Positions 1 through 13,700 of a stretch of 64,000 nt of DNA are shown piece after piece. Made by a program: the position numbers and the translations under genes. The notes under the pieces were generated by a model. It did no database searches, was not told the DNA's origin, and worked only from the letters and a program-made list of their open reading frames with translations. This DNA is from the human T2T-CHM13v2.0 reference genome, Homo sapiens, in the NCBI RefSeq assembly GCF_009914755.1, contig NC_060940.1. The stretch is one strand, 5' to 3'. Position 1 is the first letter of the stretch, and the number at the start of each line of letters is the position of its first letter.

Positions 1-1152
1 CGAGTCCATTCGATGATTCCATTAGAGTACATTTAATGATTGCTTTGTTTTCAATTCGAAGATGATTACATTGGATTCCATTCTATGATACCATTCGATT
101 CCATTCAATGATGATTCCACTCAAATCCATTGGATGATTCCATTCGTGTCCGTTCGGTGATTTCATTAGATTCCATTCGAGGATGATTCCATTCGATTCC
201 ATTCGATGATTCCATTCAATTCCATTCGATGATGATTCCATTCCAGTCCATATGATCATTCCATTTGATTTCATTCGATGATGATTCCATTCGATTCCAT
301 TCGATGATTCCATTCTATTCCATTCGATGATGATTCCACTCGAGTCCATTCGATGATTCCATTCGAGTCCATTTAATGATTCCATTGGGTTCAATTCAAT
401 GATGATTACATTGGATTCCGTTCTATGATTCCATTCAATTCCGTTCATTGACAATTTGATTCCATTCGATGATGATTCCATTTGAGTTCATTCGATGATT
501 CTATTCGATTCTCTTCGATGGTGATTCAATTCTATTATATTGGATGATTCCATTCGATTCCATTTGATGTTGATTCAATTCGATTCTATTCGATGATGAT
601 TCCATTGGATTTCACTTGATGATTCTATTCGATTCCATTCAATGATGATTCACTTCTCGTCCATTGGATGATTCCATTTCATTCCATTCGATGATGATTC
701 CATTCGATTCCATTCGATGATTCCATTTGATTCCATGCGTCGGTGAGCAATTCGATTCAATTCCATGATGATTCTATTTGATTCAATTAGATGATGTTTC
801 CATTCGAATCCATTCCATGATTATTCCATTGGAATCCATTCGGCGATGATTCCATATGAGTCAATTCAATGATGATTCCATATGGGTCCGTTCGATGATA
901 ATTCCATTTGATTTCATTTGATGCTTCTATTCTATTCCAGTCGATGATGATTCCGTTGGAGTCCATACGATGATTCCATTTGATTTCATTTGATGATGAT
1001 TCCATTCGATGATGATTACATTGGATTCCATTCTATGATTCCATTCAATTCCATTCGTTGATGATTCAATTCCATTCAATGATGATTCCATTTGAGTTCA
1101 TTCGATGATTCTATTCGATTCCGTTCGATGGTGATTCAATTCTCTTATATTG
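1..1152 (+). repeat. Distal part of arm E (window starts inside a unit)
   Basis: Landmarks agagtacatttaatgattgctttg (25), ggtgagcaattcg (~742) and catatgggtccg (~879) recur in all E tails. Confidence 0.85.
779..789 (-). promoter_or_regulatory. DUX4-type binding motif TAATTGAATCA
   Basis: The + strand reads TGATTCAATTA, fitting the DUX4 consensus TAAYBBAATCA. DUX4 is known to bind and activate HSATII; occupancy of this copy is not shown. Confidence 0.55.
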
Positions 1153-4100
1153 GATGAATCCACTCGATTCCATTTGATGATTATTCCATTGGAGTCCACT
1201 TAGTGAATCCTTCAGATTCTACTTGAAGATGATTCCATTCAAGTCCACTCGATGATACCATTCAATTCCATTCGTTGATGCTTCCTTTCAAGTGCATTCG
1301 AGGATATCATTCGATTCCATTTGATGATAATTCCATTTGATTCCATGCGATGATTCTATTCGATTCCATTCAATGATAATTCCATTCAGTTCAGTGATTC
1401 CTCTGGACTCCATTTGATGATGATTCCATTCAATGATTCCATTCGATTCTATTCGAAAATGATTCCATTTGAATCCATTTGATGATGATTCCATTAGATT
1501 CCATTTGATGATTCCATTCGATTCCATGCGACGATGATTCCATTCGATTCCATGTGATGATTCCATTCTATTCTATTCGATGATGATTCCATTCGATTCC
1601 ATTCGATGATGATTGGATTCGATTCCATTTGATGATTTCATTTGATTCCATTCGTTAATGATTTCGATCAATTCCATTCGATGATTCCATTCGATTCCAT
1701 TCGATAATGATTACATCCGTGTCCATTCAGTGATTCCATTTGAGCCTGTTCGATAATTCCATTTGAGTCCAACCAATGATTCCATTCATTTCCATTCAAT
1801 GATTCCATTCGAGTCCATTTGATCATTCCGGTAGGGTCCATTCGATGTTGATTCCATTGGAGTGCATTCGATGATTCCATTCGAGTCCATTTTATGATTT
1901 GATTCGAGTCCTTTCGATGATTCCATTCGATTCCACTCGATGATGATTTCATTCGAGTCCATTCGACACTTCCAATCGATTCCATTTGATGTTTCCATTC
2001 GAGTCCAATTGATGATTCCATTCAATTCCATTCGATGATGATTCCGTACGATTCCATTCTGTGATGATTCCATGTGATTGCATTCAATGATGATTCCTTT
2101 CGATTGCATTCGATTATGATTCATTTCGTGTTCATTCTATGGTTCCACAGGTTTCCATTCGATGACGTTTCCGTTCGTGTCCATTCCATTATTCCATTCT
2201 ATTTCATTTGATGATGATTCCATTCGATTCCATTCATTGGTGATTCCACTCAATTCCATTCAATGATTCCATTCCATTTCTTTCAACAATGATTCCATTA
2301 GTTTCTATTCGATGATCCACTTGATTCCATTTGGCGATGATTCCATTCGTGTCCATTCGATGATTCCATTTGATTCCATATGATGATGATTCCATTCGAT
2401 TCCATACGATGATGATTCCATTCGAGTCCATTCAATGGTGATTCCATTCAATTCCATTCGATGATTCCTTCCGATTCCATTCGATGATGATGGCATTCGA
2501 TTCCTTTCAATCATTCCCTTTGATTCCATTCAAAGGTGATTTCATTCAAGTCCATTCGATAATTGCATTCGATTCCATTCTATGATGATTCCATTCGAGT
2601 CCATTTGATGATTCCATTCAATTCAAGTCAATGATGATTCCATTCAATTCCACTCGATGATTCCATTGGATTCCATTCGATGATGATTCCATTCAAATCC
2701 ATTCGATAATTCAATTCAAGTCCATTCGATGATGATTCCAATCGAATCCATTCAAAGATTCCATTCAATTCCATTCGATGATGATTCCCTTAGATTCCAT
2801 TCGATGATTCCACTTGATTCCATTTACGATGATTCCATTCGATTCCATGTGATGATTCCATTCAATTCTATTCAATGATGTTTCCATTTGATTCCATTGG
2901 ACCATGATTGCCTTTGATTCCATTCAATGATTCCATTCGGTTCCATTTGATGATGATTCCGTTCGATTCCATTTCATTATTCCATTTGATTCCATTGGAT
3001 GAGTCCATTCGATTACATTCGATGATTATTCCATTCGAGTGCATTAGATGATTGCATTCGAGTCCATTCGATGATTCCATTCGATTCCATTCGATGTTGA
3101 TTCTGTTCAAATCCATTCGATGATTCCACTCGATTCCATTCGATGACTCCATTTGATCCCATTCGATGATTTCCTGTGATTCCCTTTGATGATCATTCTA
3201 TTTGATTCAATTCGGTGATTTCATTTCATTCCATTCAGTGATGTTTCCATTCGACTGTATTCGATGATGATTCCATTCGACTCCATTCGATTATGATTTC
3301 ATTCAATTCCATTCAATAATGATTCCCTTCGAGTCCATTCGATGATTCCATTCGATTCCATTCAACGATGATTTGATTCGTTTCCATTCGATGATTCCAT
3401 TTGATTCCACTTGTTGATGATTCCATTCGAGTCCATTTGATGATTCCATTCGAGTCTATTTATGTATTATATTCGTGTCCACTTCATGATTCCATTCAAT
3501 TCCATTTAATGTTGATTCCATTTGATTCCATTTGATGATTCAGTTCGATTCCTTGCAATGATTCCCTACGATTCCTTTCTATGATGATTCCATTCGATTC
3601 CATTCATTGATGATTTCATTCGACTCCATTCGATGATGATTCCTTTCGATTCCATTTGACGATGTTTCCATTCGAGTCCATTCGATGATGATTCTATTCA
3701 ATTCTGTTCTATTATGATTCCATTCGATTTCATTCAATGCTTCTATTTGATTCCATTCGATGATGATTCCATCTCTTTCCCTTCGATGATTCCATTTGAT
3801 TCCATTCAGTGATGATTCCATTTGATTCCATCTGATGATGATTTCACTTGATTCCTTTCAATGATGATTCAATTCAAGTCCATTCGATGATTCCATTGGA
3901 GTCCAAACGATCATTCCGTTCGATTCCATTCAATGGTGATTCCATTCATGTCCATTCGATGAATCCATTCAATTCCATTCGATGATGACTCCATTCGAGT
4001 ACATTCGATGATTCCATTTGATTCCATTGGAAGATGATTCCATTCAATTCCATTCGAAGATGATTCCATTCAATTCCATTCGATGATGATTCCGTATGAA

Positions 4101-5282
4101 TCCATTCTCTGATTATTCCATTCGATTCCATTCATTGACGATTCCATTCAATTCCATTCAAAGATGATTCTCTTCTATTCCATTCGATGATTCCAGTCGA
4201 TTCCATTCGATGATGATTCCATTAGATTCCATTCGATTGTTGCATTCGATTCCCTTCGATGATGATTCCTTTGAATTCCATTCGATTATCATTCCGTATG
4301 AATCCATTTGATGATTATTCCATTGGATTCCTTTCGATGATGATTCCATTCGATTCCATTTGATGATGTTTCTCTTGTATTCCATTGGATAATTCCTTTC
4401 AGTTCCCTTCGATGATTATTCTTTCGAGTCAATTCGATGATTCTATTCCATTCCCTTCGATGATGATTCCATTTCACTCCATTTGATGATTCCATTCGAC
4501 TCAATTTGGTGATGATTCAATTCGATGACATTCGATGACTCCATTCAATTTCATTTGATGATGATTACATTCGAGTCCATTTGATGATTGTATTCCTTTC
4601 CTTTTGATGATTATTCCATTCGTGTCTATTCAAAGGTTCCATTCTATTCCATTCAATGATGATTGCATTTGATTCCATTCAATGATTATGGCTATCGATT
4701 CCACTCGTTGATTCCATTTGATTCCGTTCGATGATTATTCCGTTAGATTCCATTAGAAGATTCCATTCGATTTTATTCAATGATTCCAATGGATTCCATT
4801 CAATGATGATTCCATTCGACTCCATTCAGTGATTCCATTCGAGTCCATTTGATGATTCCATTCTTTTCCATTTGATGATGATTCCATTAGGGTCCATTCA
4901 ATGATTCCATTCGAGTCCATTCGTTAATGCCTTTCGAGTCCTTTTGATCACTACATTCGAGTCCATTCAATGATTCTATTCGATTCCATTCCATGATGAT
5001 TCCATTCGAGTTCATTCGATGATTGCATTCGAGTCCATTTGATGATTCCATATGATTCCCTTCGACAATGATTCCATTCGTGTCCATTTGATGATTCCAT
5101 TCATTTCCTATCGATGAAGATTCCATTCAAGTGTATTCGATGATTCCATTCAAATCCATTCGATGATGATTCCATTCCAGTCCATTCGATCATTCCACTT
5201 GATTCCATTTGATGACTATTCCATTCAAATCCATTTGATGATTCCATTCGATTCCATTCGATGTTACCATTCGAGTATATAC
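1153..5282 (+). repeat. 4130-bp unit: core B (1153-3451) + arm C (3452-5282)
   Basis: Constant 4130 offset of homologous ORFs (1288/5418, 2868/6998, 3579/7709, 4887/9017). C begins gagtctatttatgtat and ends gagtatatac. Confidence 0.9.
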
Positions 5283-8200
5283 GATGATTCCACTCGATTC
5301 CATTTGATGATTATTCCATTAGAGTCCACTTAGTGAATCCTTTAGATTCTACTCGAAGATGATTCCATTCGAGTCCATTCGATGATACCATTCAATTCCA
5401 TTCGTTGATGCTTCCATTCAAGTGCATTCGATGATATCATTCGATTCCATTTGATGATAATTCCATTTGATTCCATGCGATGATTCTATTCGATTCCATT
5501 CAATGATAATTCCATTCAATTCAGTGATTCCTCTGGACTCCATTTGATGATGATTCCATTCAATGATTACATTCGATTCTATTCGAAAATGATTCCATTT
5601 GAATCCATTTGATGATGATTCCATTGGATTCCATTTGATGATTCCATTCGATTCCATTCAATGATGATTCCATTCGATTCCTTTTGATGATTCCATTCTA
5701 TTGTATTAGATGATGATTCCATTCGATTCCATTCGATGATGATTGGATTCGATTCCATTTGATGATTTCATTTGATTCCATTCGATAATGATTTCGATCA
5801 ATTCCATTCGATGATTCCATTCGATTCCATTCGATAATGATTACATCCGAGTCCATTCGATGATTCCATTTGAGCCCGTTCGATAATTCCATTTGAGTCC
5901 AATCAATGATTCCATTCATTTCCATTCAATGATTCCATTCGAGTCCATTTGATCATTCCGGTAGGGTCCGTTCGATGTTGATTCCATTGGAGTGCATTCG
6001 ATGATTCCATTTGAGTCCATTTTAGGATTTGATTCGAGTCCTTTCGATGATTCCATTCGATTCCACTCGATGATGATTTCATTCGAGTCCATTCGACACT
6101 TCCAATCGATTCCATTTGATGTTTCCATTCGATTCCAATTGATGATTCCATTCAATTCCATTCGATGATGATTCCGTATGATTCCATTCTGTGATGATTC
6201 CATGTGATTGCTTTCAATGATGATTCCTTTCGATTGCATTCGATTATGATTCATTTCGTGTTCATTCTATGGTTCCACAGGTTTCCATTCGATGATGTTT
6301 CCATTCGTGTCCATTCCATTATTCCATTCTATTCCATTTGAAGATGATTCCATTCGATTCCATTCATTGGTGATTCCACTCAATTCCATTCAATGATTCC
6401 ATTCCATTTCTTTCAACAATGATTCCATTAGTTTCTATTCGATGATCCACTTGATTCCATTTGACGATGATTCCATTCGTGTCCATTCGATGATTCCATT
6501 TGATTCCATATGATGATGATTCCATTCGATTCCATACCATGATGATTCCATTCGAGTCCATTCAATGGTGATTCCATTCAATTCCATTCGATGATTCCTT
6601 CCGATTCCATTCGATGATGATGGCATTCGATTCCTTTCAATCATTCCCTTTGATTCCATTCAAAGGTGATTTCATTCAAGTCCATTCGATAATTGCATTC
6701 GATTCCATTCTATGATGATTCCATTCGAGTCCATTTGATGATTCCATTCAATTCAAGTCAATGATGATTCCATTCAATTCCACTCGATGATTCCATTGGA
6801 TTCCATTCGATGATGATTCCATTCAAATCCATTCGATAATTCAATTCAAGTCCATTCGATGATGATTCCAATCGAATCCATTCAAAGATTCCATTCAATT
6901 CCATTCGATGATGATTCCCTTAGATTCCATTCGATGATTCCACTTGATTCCATTTACGATGATTCCATTCGATTCCATGTGATGATTCCATTCAATTCTA
7001 TTCAATGATGTTTCCATTTGATTCCATTGGACCATGATTGCCTTTGATTCCATTCAATGATTCCATTCGGTTCCATTTGATGATGATTCCGTTCGATTCC
7101 ATTTCATTATTCCATTTGATTCCATTGGATGAGTCCATTCGATTACATTCGATGATTATTCCATTCGAGTGCATTAGATGATTGCATTCGAGTCCATTCG
7201 ATGATTCCATTCGATTCCATTCGATGTTGATTCTGTTCAAATCCATTCGATGATTCCACTCGATTCCATTCGATGACTCCATTTGATCCCATTCGATGAT
7301 TTCCTGTGATTCCCTTTGATGATCATTCTATTTGATTCAATTCGGTGATTTCATTTCATTCCATTCAGTGATGTTTCCATTCGACTGTATTCGATGATGA
7401 TTCCATTCGACTCCATTCGATTATGATTTCATTCAATTCCATTCAATAATGATTCCCTTCGAGTCCATTCGATGATTCCATTCGATTCCATTCAACGATG
7501 ATTTGATTCGTTTCCATTCGATGATTCCATTTGATTCCACTTGATGATGATTCCATTCGAGTCCATTTGATGATTCCATTCGAGTCTATTTATGTATTGT
7601 ATTCGTGTCCACTTCATGATTCCATTCAATTCCATTTAATGTTGATTCCATTTGATTCCATTTGATGATTCAGTTCGATTCCTTGCAATGATTCCCTACG
7701 ATTCCTTTCTATGATGATTCCATTCGATTCCATTCATTGATGATTTCATTCGACTCCATTCGATGATGATTCCTTTCGATTCCATTTGACGATGTTTCCA
7801 TTCGAGTCCATTCGATGATGATTCTATTCAATTCTGTTCTATTATGATTCCATTCGATTTCATTCAATGCTTCTATTTGATTCCATTCGATGATGATTCC
7901 ATCTCTTTCCCTTCGATGATTCCATTTGATTCCATTCAGTGATGATTCCATTTGATTCCATCTGATGATGATTTCACTTGATTCCTTTCAATGATGATTC
8001 AATTCAAGTCCATTCGATGATTCCATTGGAGTCCAAACGATCATTCCGTTCGATTCCATTCAATGGTGATTCCATTCATGTCCATTCGATGAATCCATTC
8101 AATTCCATTCGATGATGACTCCATTCGAGTACATTCGATGATTCCATTTGATTCCATTGGAAGATGATTCCATTCAATTCCATTCGAAGATGATTCCATT

Positions 8201-9307
8201 CAATTCCATTCGATGATGATTCCGTATGAATCCATTCTCTGATTATTCCATTCGATTCCATTCATTGACGATTCCATTCAATTCCATTCAATGATGATTC
8301 TCTTCTATTCCATTCGATGATTCCGGTCGATGCCATTCGATGATGATTCCATTAGATTCCATTCGATTGTTGCATTCGATTCCCTTCGATGATGATTCCT
8401 TTGAATTCCATTCGATTATCATTCCGTATGAATCCATTTGATGATTATTCCATTGGATTCCTTTCGATGATGATTCCATTCGATTCCATTTGATGATGTT
8501 TCTCTTGTATTCCATTGGATAATTCCTTTCAGTTCCCTTCGATGATTATTCTTTCGAGTCAATTCGATGATTCTATTCCATTCCCTTCGATGATGATTCC
8601 ATTTCACTCCATTTGATGATTCCATTCGACTCAATTTGGTGATGATTCAATTCGATGACATTCGATGACTCCATTCAATTTCATTTGATGATGATTACAT
8701 TCGAGTCCATTTGATGATTGTATTCCTTTCCTTTTGATGATTATTCCATTCGTGTCTATTCAAAGGTTCCATTCTATTCCATTCAATGATGATTGCATTT
8801 GATTCCATTCAATGATTATGGCTATCGATTCCACTCGTTGATTCCATTTGATTCCGTTCGATGATTATTCCGTTAGATTCCATTAGAAGATTCCATTCGA
8901 TTTTATTCAATGATTCCAATGGATTCCATTCAATGATGATTCCATTCGACTCCATTCAGTGATTCCATTCGAGTCCATTTGATGATTCCATTCTTTTCCA
9001 TTTGATGATGATTCCATTAGGGTCCATTCAATGATTCCATTCGAGTCCATTCGTTAATGCCTTTCGAGTCCTTTTGATCACTACATTCGAGTCCATTCAA
9101 TGATTCTATTCGATTCCATTCCATGATGATTCCATTCGAGTTCATTCGATGATTGCATTCGAGTCCATTTGATGATTCCATATGATTCCCTTCGACAATG
9201 ATTCCATTCGTGTCCATTTGATGATTCCATTCATTTCCTATCGATGAAGATTCCATTCAAGTGTATTCGATGATTCCATTCAAATCCATTCGATGATGAT
9301 TCCATTC
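5283..9307 (+). repeat. Second B+C unit with the last ~105 bp of C missing
   Basis: Same landmarks at +4130, but after caaatccattcgatgatgattccattc the sequence continues with arm E (gattccattcattgagg) instead of cagtccattcgatc. Confidence 0.88.
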
Positions 9308-10775
9308 GATTCCATTCATTGAGGATTCCATTTGATTCCATTAAATGATGATTCCGTTCTATTCCATTCAATGATTGCATTCAATTCCATTCAATGATTA
9401 TCCCCTTAGAGTAAACTCAACGATTCCATTCAATACCATTCGATGATGATTCCTTTTGAGTCCATTCAATGATTTCATTCAACTCCATTTGATGATTCCT
9501 TTCAATTCCATTCTATGATGATTCCATTCGAGTCCATTCGATGATTCCATTCAATTGCATTCGATGATTCCATTATATTCCAGTCAACGATGATTCCATT
9601 CGAGTCCATTTGATGATTCCATTAGAGTACATTTAATGATTGCTTTGTTTTCAATTCGAAGATGATTACATTGGATTCCATTCTATGATACCATTCGATT
9701 CCATTCAATGATGATTCCACTCAAATCCATTGGATGATTCCATTCGTGTCCGTTCGGTGATTTCATTAGATTCCATTCGAGGATGATTCCATTCGATTCC
9801 ATTCGATGATTCCATTCGATTCCATTCAATGATTCCATTCAATTCCATTCGATGATGATTCCATTCCAGTCCATATGATCATTCCATTTGATTTCATTCG
9901 ATGATGATTCCATTCGATTCCATTGGATGATTCCATTCTATTCCATTCGATGATGATTCCATTCGAGTCCATTCGATCATTCCATTCGAGTCCATTTAAT
10001 GATTCCATTGGGTTCAATTCAATGATGATTACATTGGATTCCGTTCTATGATTCCATTCAATTCCGTTCATTGACAATTTGATTCCATTCGATGATGATT
10101 CCATTTGAGTTCATTCGATGATTCTATTCGATTCTCTTCGATGGTGATTCAATTCTATTTTATTGGATGATTCCATTCGATACCATTTGATGTTGATTCA
10201 ATTCGATTCTATTCGATGATGATTCCATTGGATTTCACTTGATGATTCTATTCGATTCCATTCAATGATGATTCACTTCTCGTCCATTGGATGATTCCAT
10301 TTCATTCCATTCGATGATGATTCCATTCGATTCCTTTCGATGATTCCATTTGATTCCATGCGACGGTGAGCAATTCGATTCAATTCCATGATGATTCTAT
10401 TTGATTCAATTAGATGATGTTTCCATTCGAATCCATTCCATGATTATTCCATTGGAATCCATTTGGCGATGATTCCATATGAGTCAATTCAATGATGATT
10501 CCATATGGGTCCGTTCGATGATAATTCCATTTGATTTCATTCGATGCTTCTATTCAATTCCAGTCGATGATGATTCCGTTGGAGTCCATACGATGATTCC
10601 ATTTGATTTCATTTGATGATGATTCCATTCGATGATGATTACATTGGATTCCATTCTATGATTCCATTCAATTCCATTCGTTGATGATTCGATTCCATTC
10701 AATGATGATTCCATTTGAGTTCATTCGATGATTCTATTCGATTCCGTTCGATGGTGATTCAATTCTATTATATTG
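9308..10775 (+). repeat. Isolated distal part of arm E with a 23-bp insertion at ~9818-9840
   Basis: Contains tatccccttagagtaaactc. Colinear with 15420-16864 and 23 bp longer. Confidence 0.85.
10402..10412 (-). promoter_or_regulatory. DUX4-type binding motif TAATTGAATCA
   Basis: + strand TGATTCAATTA at the homologous position of arm E. Confidence 0.55.
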
Positions 10776-13700
10776 GATGATTCCACTCGATTCCATTTGA
10801 TGATTATTCCATTGGAGTCCACTTAGTGAATCCTTTAGATTCTACTCGAAGATGATTCCATTCGAGTCCATTCGATGATACCATTCAATTCTATTCGTTG
10901 ATGCTTCCATTCAAGTGCATTCGATGATATCATTCGATTCCATTTGATGATAATTCCATTTGATTCCATGCGATGATTCTATTCGATTCCATTCAATGAT
11001 AATTCCATTCAATACAGTGATTCCTCTGGACTCCATTTGATGATGATTCCATTCAATGATTCCATTCGATTCCATTCCAAAATGATTCCATTTGAATCCA
11101 TTTGATGATGATTCCATTAGATTCCATTTGATGATTCCATTCGATTCCATTTGACGATGATTCCATTCGATTCCATTTGATGATTCCATTCTATTCTATT
11201 CGATGATGATTCCATTCGATTCCATTCGATGATGATTGGATTCGATTCCATTTGATGATTTCATTTGATTCCATTCGTTAATGATTTCGATCAAGTCCAT
11301 TCGATGATTCCATTCGATTCCATTCGATAATGATTACATCCGAGTCCATTCGATGATTCCATTTGAGCCTGTTCGATAATTCCATTTGAGTCCAACCAAT
11401 GATTCCATTCATTTCCATTCAATGATTCCATTCGAGTCCATTTGATCATTCCGGTAGGGTCCATTCGATGTTGATTCCATTGGAGTGCATTCGATGATTC
11501 CATTCGAGTCCATTTTAGGATTTGATTCGAGTCCTTTCGATGATTCCATTCGATTCCACTCGATGATGATTTCATTCGAGTCCATTCGACACTTCCAATC
11601 GATTCCATTTGATGATTCCATTCGAGTCCAATTGATGATTCCATTCAATTCCATTCGATGATGATTCCGTACGATTCCATTCTGTGATGATTCCATGTGA
11701 TTGCATTCAATGATGATTCCTTTCGATTGCATTCGATTATGATTCATTTCGTGTTCATTCTATGGTTCCACAGGTTTCCATTCGTGTCCATTCCATTATT
11801 CCATTCTATTCCATTTGATGATGATTCCATTCGATTCCATTCATTGGTGATTCCACTCAATTCCATTCAATGATTCCATTCCATTTCTTTCAACAATGAT
11901 TCCATTAGTTTCTAATCGATGATCCACTTGATTCCATTTGACGACGATTCCATTCTTGTCCATTCGATGATTCCATTTGATTCCATATGATGATGATTCC
12001 ATTCGATTCCATACCATGATGATTCCATTCGAGTCCATTCAATGGTGATTCCATTCAATTCCATTCGATGATTCCTTCCGATTCCATTCGATGATGATGG
12101 CATTCGATTCCTTTCAATCATTCCCTTTGATTCCATTCAAAGGTGATTTCATTCAAGTCCATTCGATAATTGCATTCGATTCCATTCTATGATGATTCCA
12201 TTCGAGTCCATTTGATGATTCCATTCAATTCAAGTCAATGATGATTCCATTCGATTCCATTCGATGATTCCATTGGATTCCATTCGATGATGATTCCATT
12301 CAAATCCATTCGATAATTCAATTCAAGTCCATTCGATGATGATTCCAATCGAATCCATTCAAAGATTCCATTCAGTTCCATTCGATGATTCCCTTAGATT
12401 CCATTCGATGATTCCACTTGATTCCATTTACGATGATTCCATTCGATTCCATGTGATGATTCCATTCAATTCTATTCAATGATGTTTCCATTTGATTCCA
12501 TTCGACCATGATTGCCTTTGATTCCATTCAATGATTCCATTCGGTTCCTTTTGATGATGATTCCGTTCGATTCCATTTGATGATTCCATTTGATTCCATT
12601 GGATGAGTCCATTCGATTACATTCGATGATTATTCCATTCGAGTGCATTAGATGATTCCATTCGAGTCCATTCGATGATTCCATTCGATTCCATTCGATG
12701 TTGATTCTGTTCAAATCCATTCGATGATTCCACTCGATTCCATTCGATGACTCCAGTTGATCCCATTCGATGATTTCCTGTGATTCCCTTTGATGATCAT
12801 TCCATTTGATTCAATTCGGTGATTTCATTTGATTCCATTCAGTGACGTTTCCATTCCACTCCATTCGATGATGATTCCATTCGACTCCATTCGATTATGA
12901 TTTCATTCAATTCCATTCGATAATGATTCCCTTCGAGTCCATTCGATGATTCCATTCGATTCCATTCAACGATGATTTGATTCGTGTCCATTCGATGATT
13001 CCATTTGATTCCACTTGATGATGATTCCATTCGAGTCCATTTGATGATTCCATTCAATTCCATTCTCCGATGATTTCTTTTGAGCCCACTCAATGCTTCC
13101 ACTCGATTCCATATGATGATGACTCCATTCGATGAAATTCGATGATGATTCCATTCGCTTGCGTTCGATGATGATTCCACTTGAGTCCGTTAGAAGATTC
13201 TATTCAATTACATTCCATGACGATTCCGTTCGAGTCCATTTGATGATTCCATTAGACTCCATTCGACGATGATTCCATTCGATGTTATTCGATGATTCCA
13301 TTCGATCTCATTCGATGATGATTCCATTCAACTCCATTCGATGTTTCCATTCGATTTCATTCTATTATTCCATTAGATTCCATTCGATGATGATTCCATT
13401 CGATTCCATTTGATGATTGCATTCTATTTCATTTAATGATGATTCCATTCGAGTCCACTCCATGATTCCATTCGAGTCCATTTAATGAATCCATTGGTTT
13501 CAATTCTATGATGATTACTTTGGATTCCATTCGTTGATGATTTCATTCGGTTCCATTCAATGATGATTCCATTCAATTCCTTTCAATGTTTCCATTCAAT
13601 TCCATACGATGATGATTCCATTTGATTTGATTCGACAGTGAGCCATTCGATTCAATTCCATGATGATTCTATTTGATTCAATTGGTTGACATTTCCATTC

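Noticed and set aside
3452-3480. AT-rich words (tctatttatgtattatattc, gagtatatac) as TATA boxes
   Set aside because: They are explainable as point-mutated monomers, vary between copies, and have no supporting promoter context.
3452-5282. Arm C (1831 bp) as the chr1 ~1.8-kb HSat2A unit
   Set aside because: Only the size is similar. C is never tandem with itself here, and I cannot verify sequence identity without an alignment.
9398-9422. Odd-looking word tatccccttagagtaaactc as a foreign insertion
   Set aside because: It stays in phase with the consensus gattccattcgagtccattc, so it is a heavily mutated monomer, useful only as a landmark.
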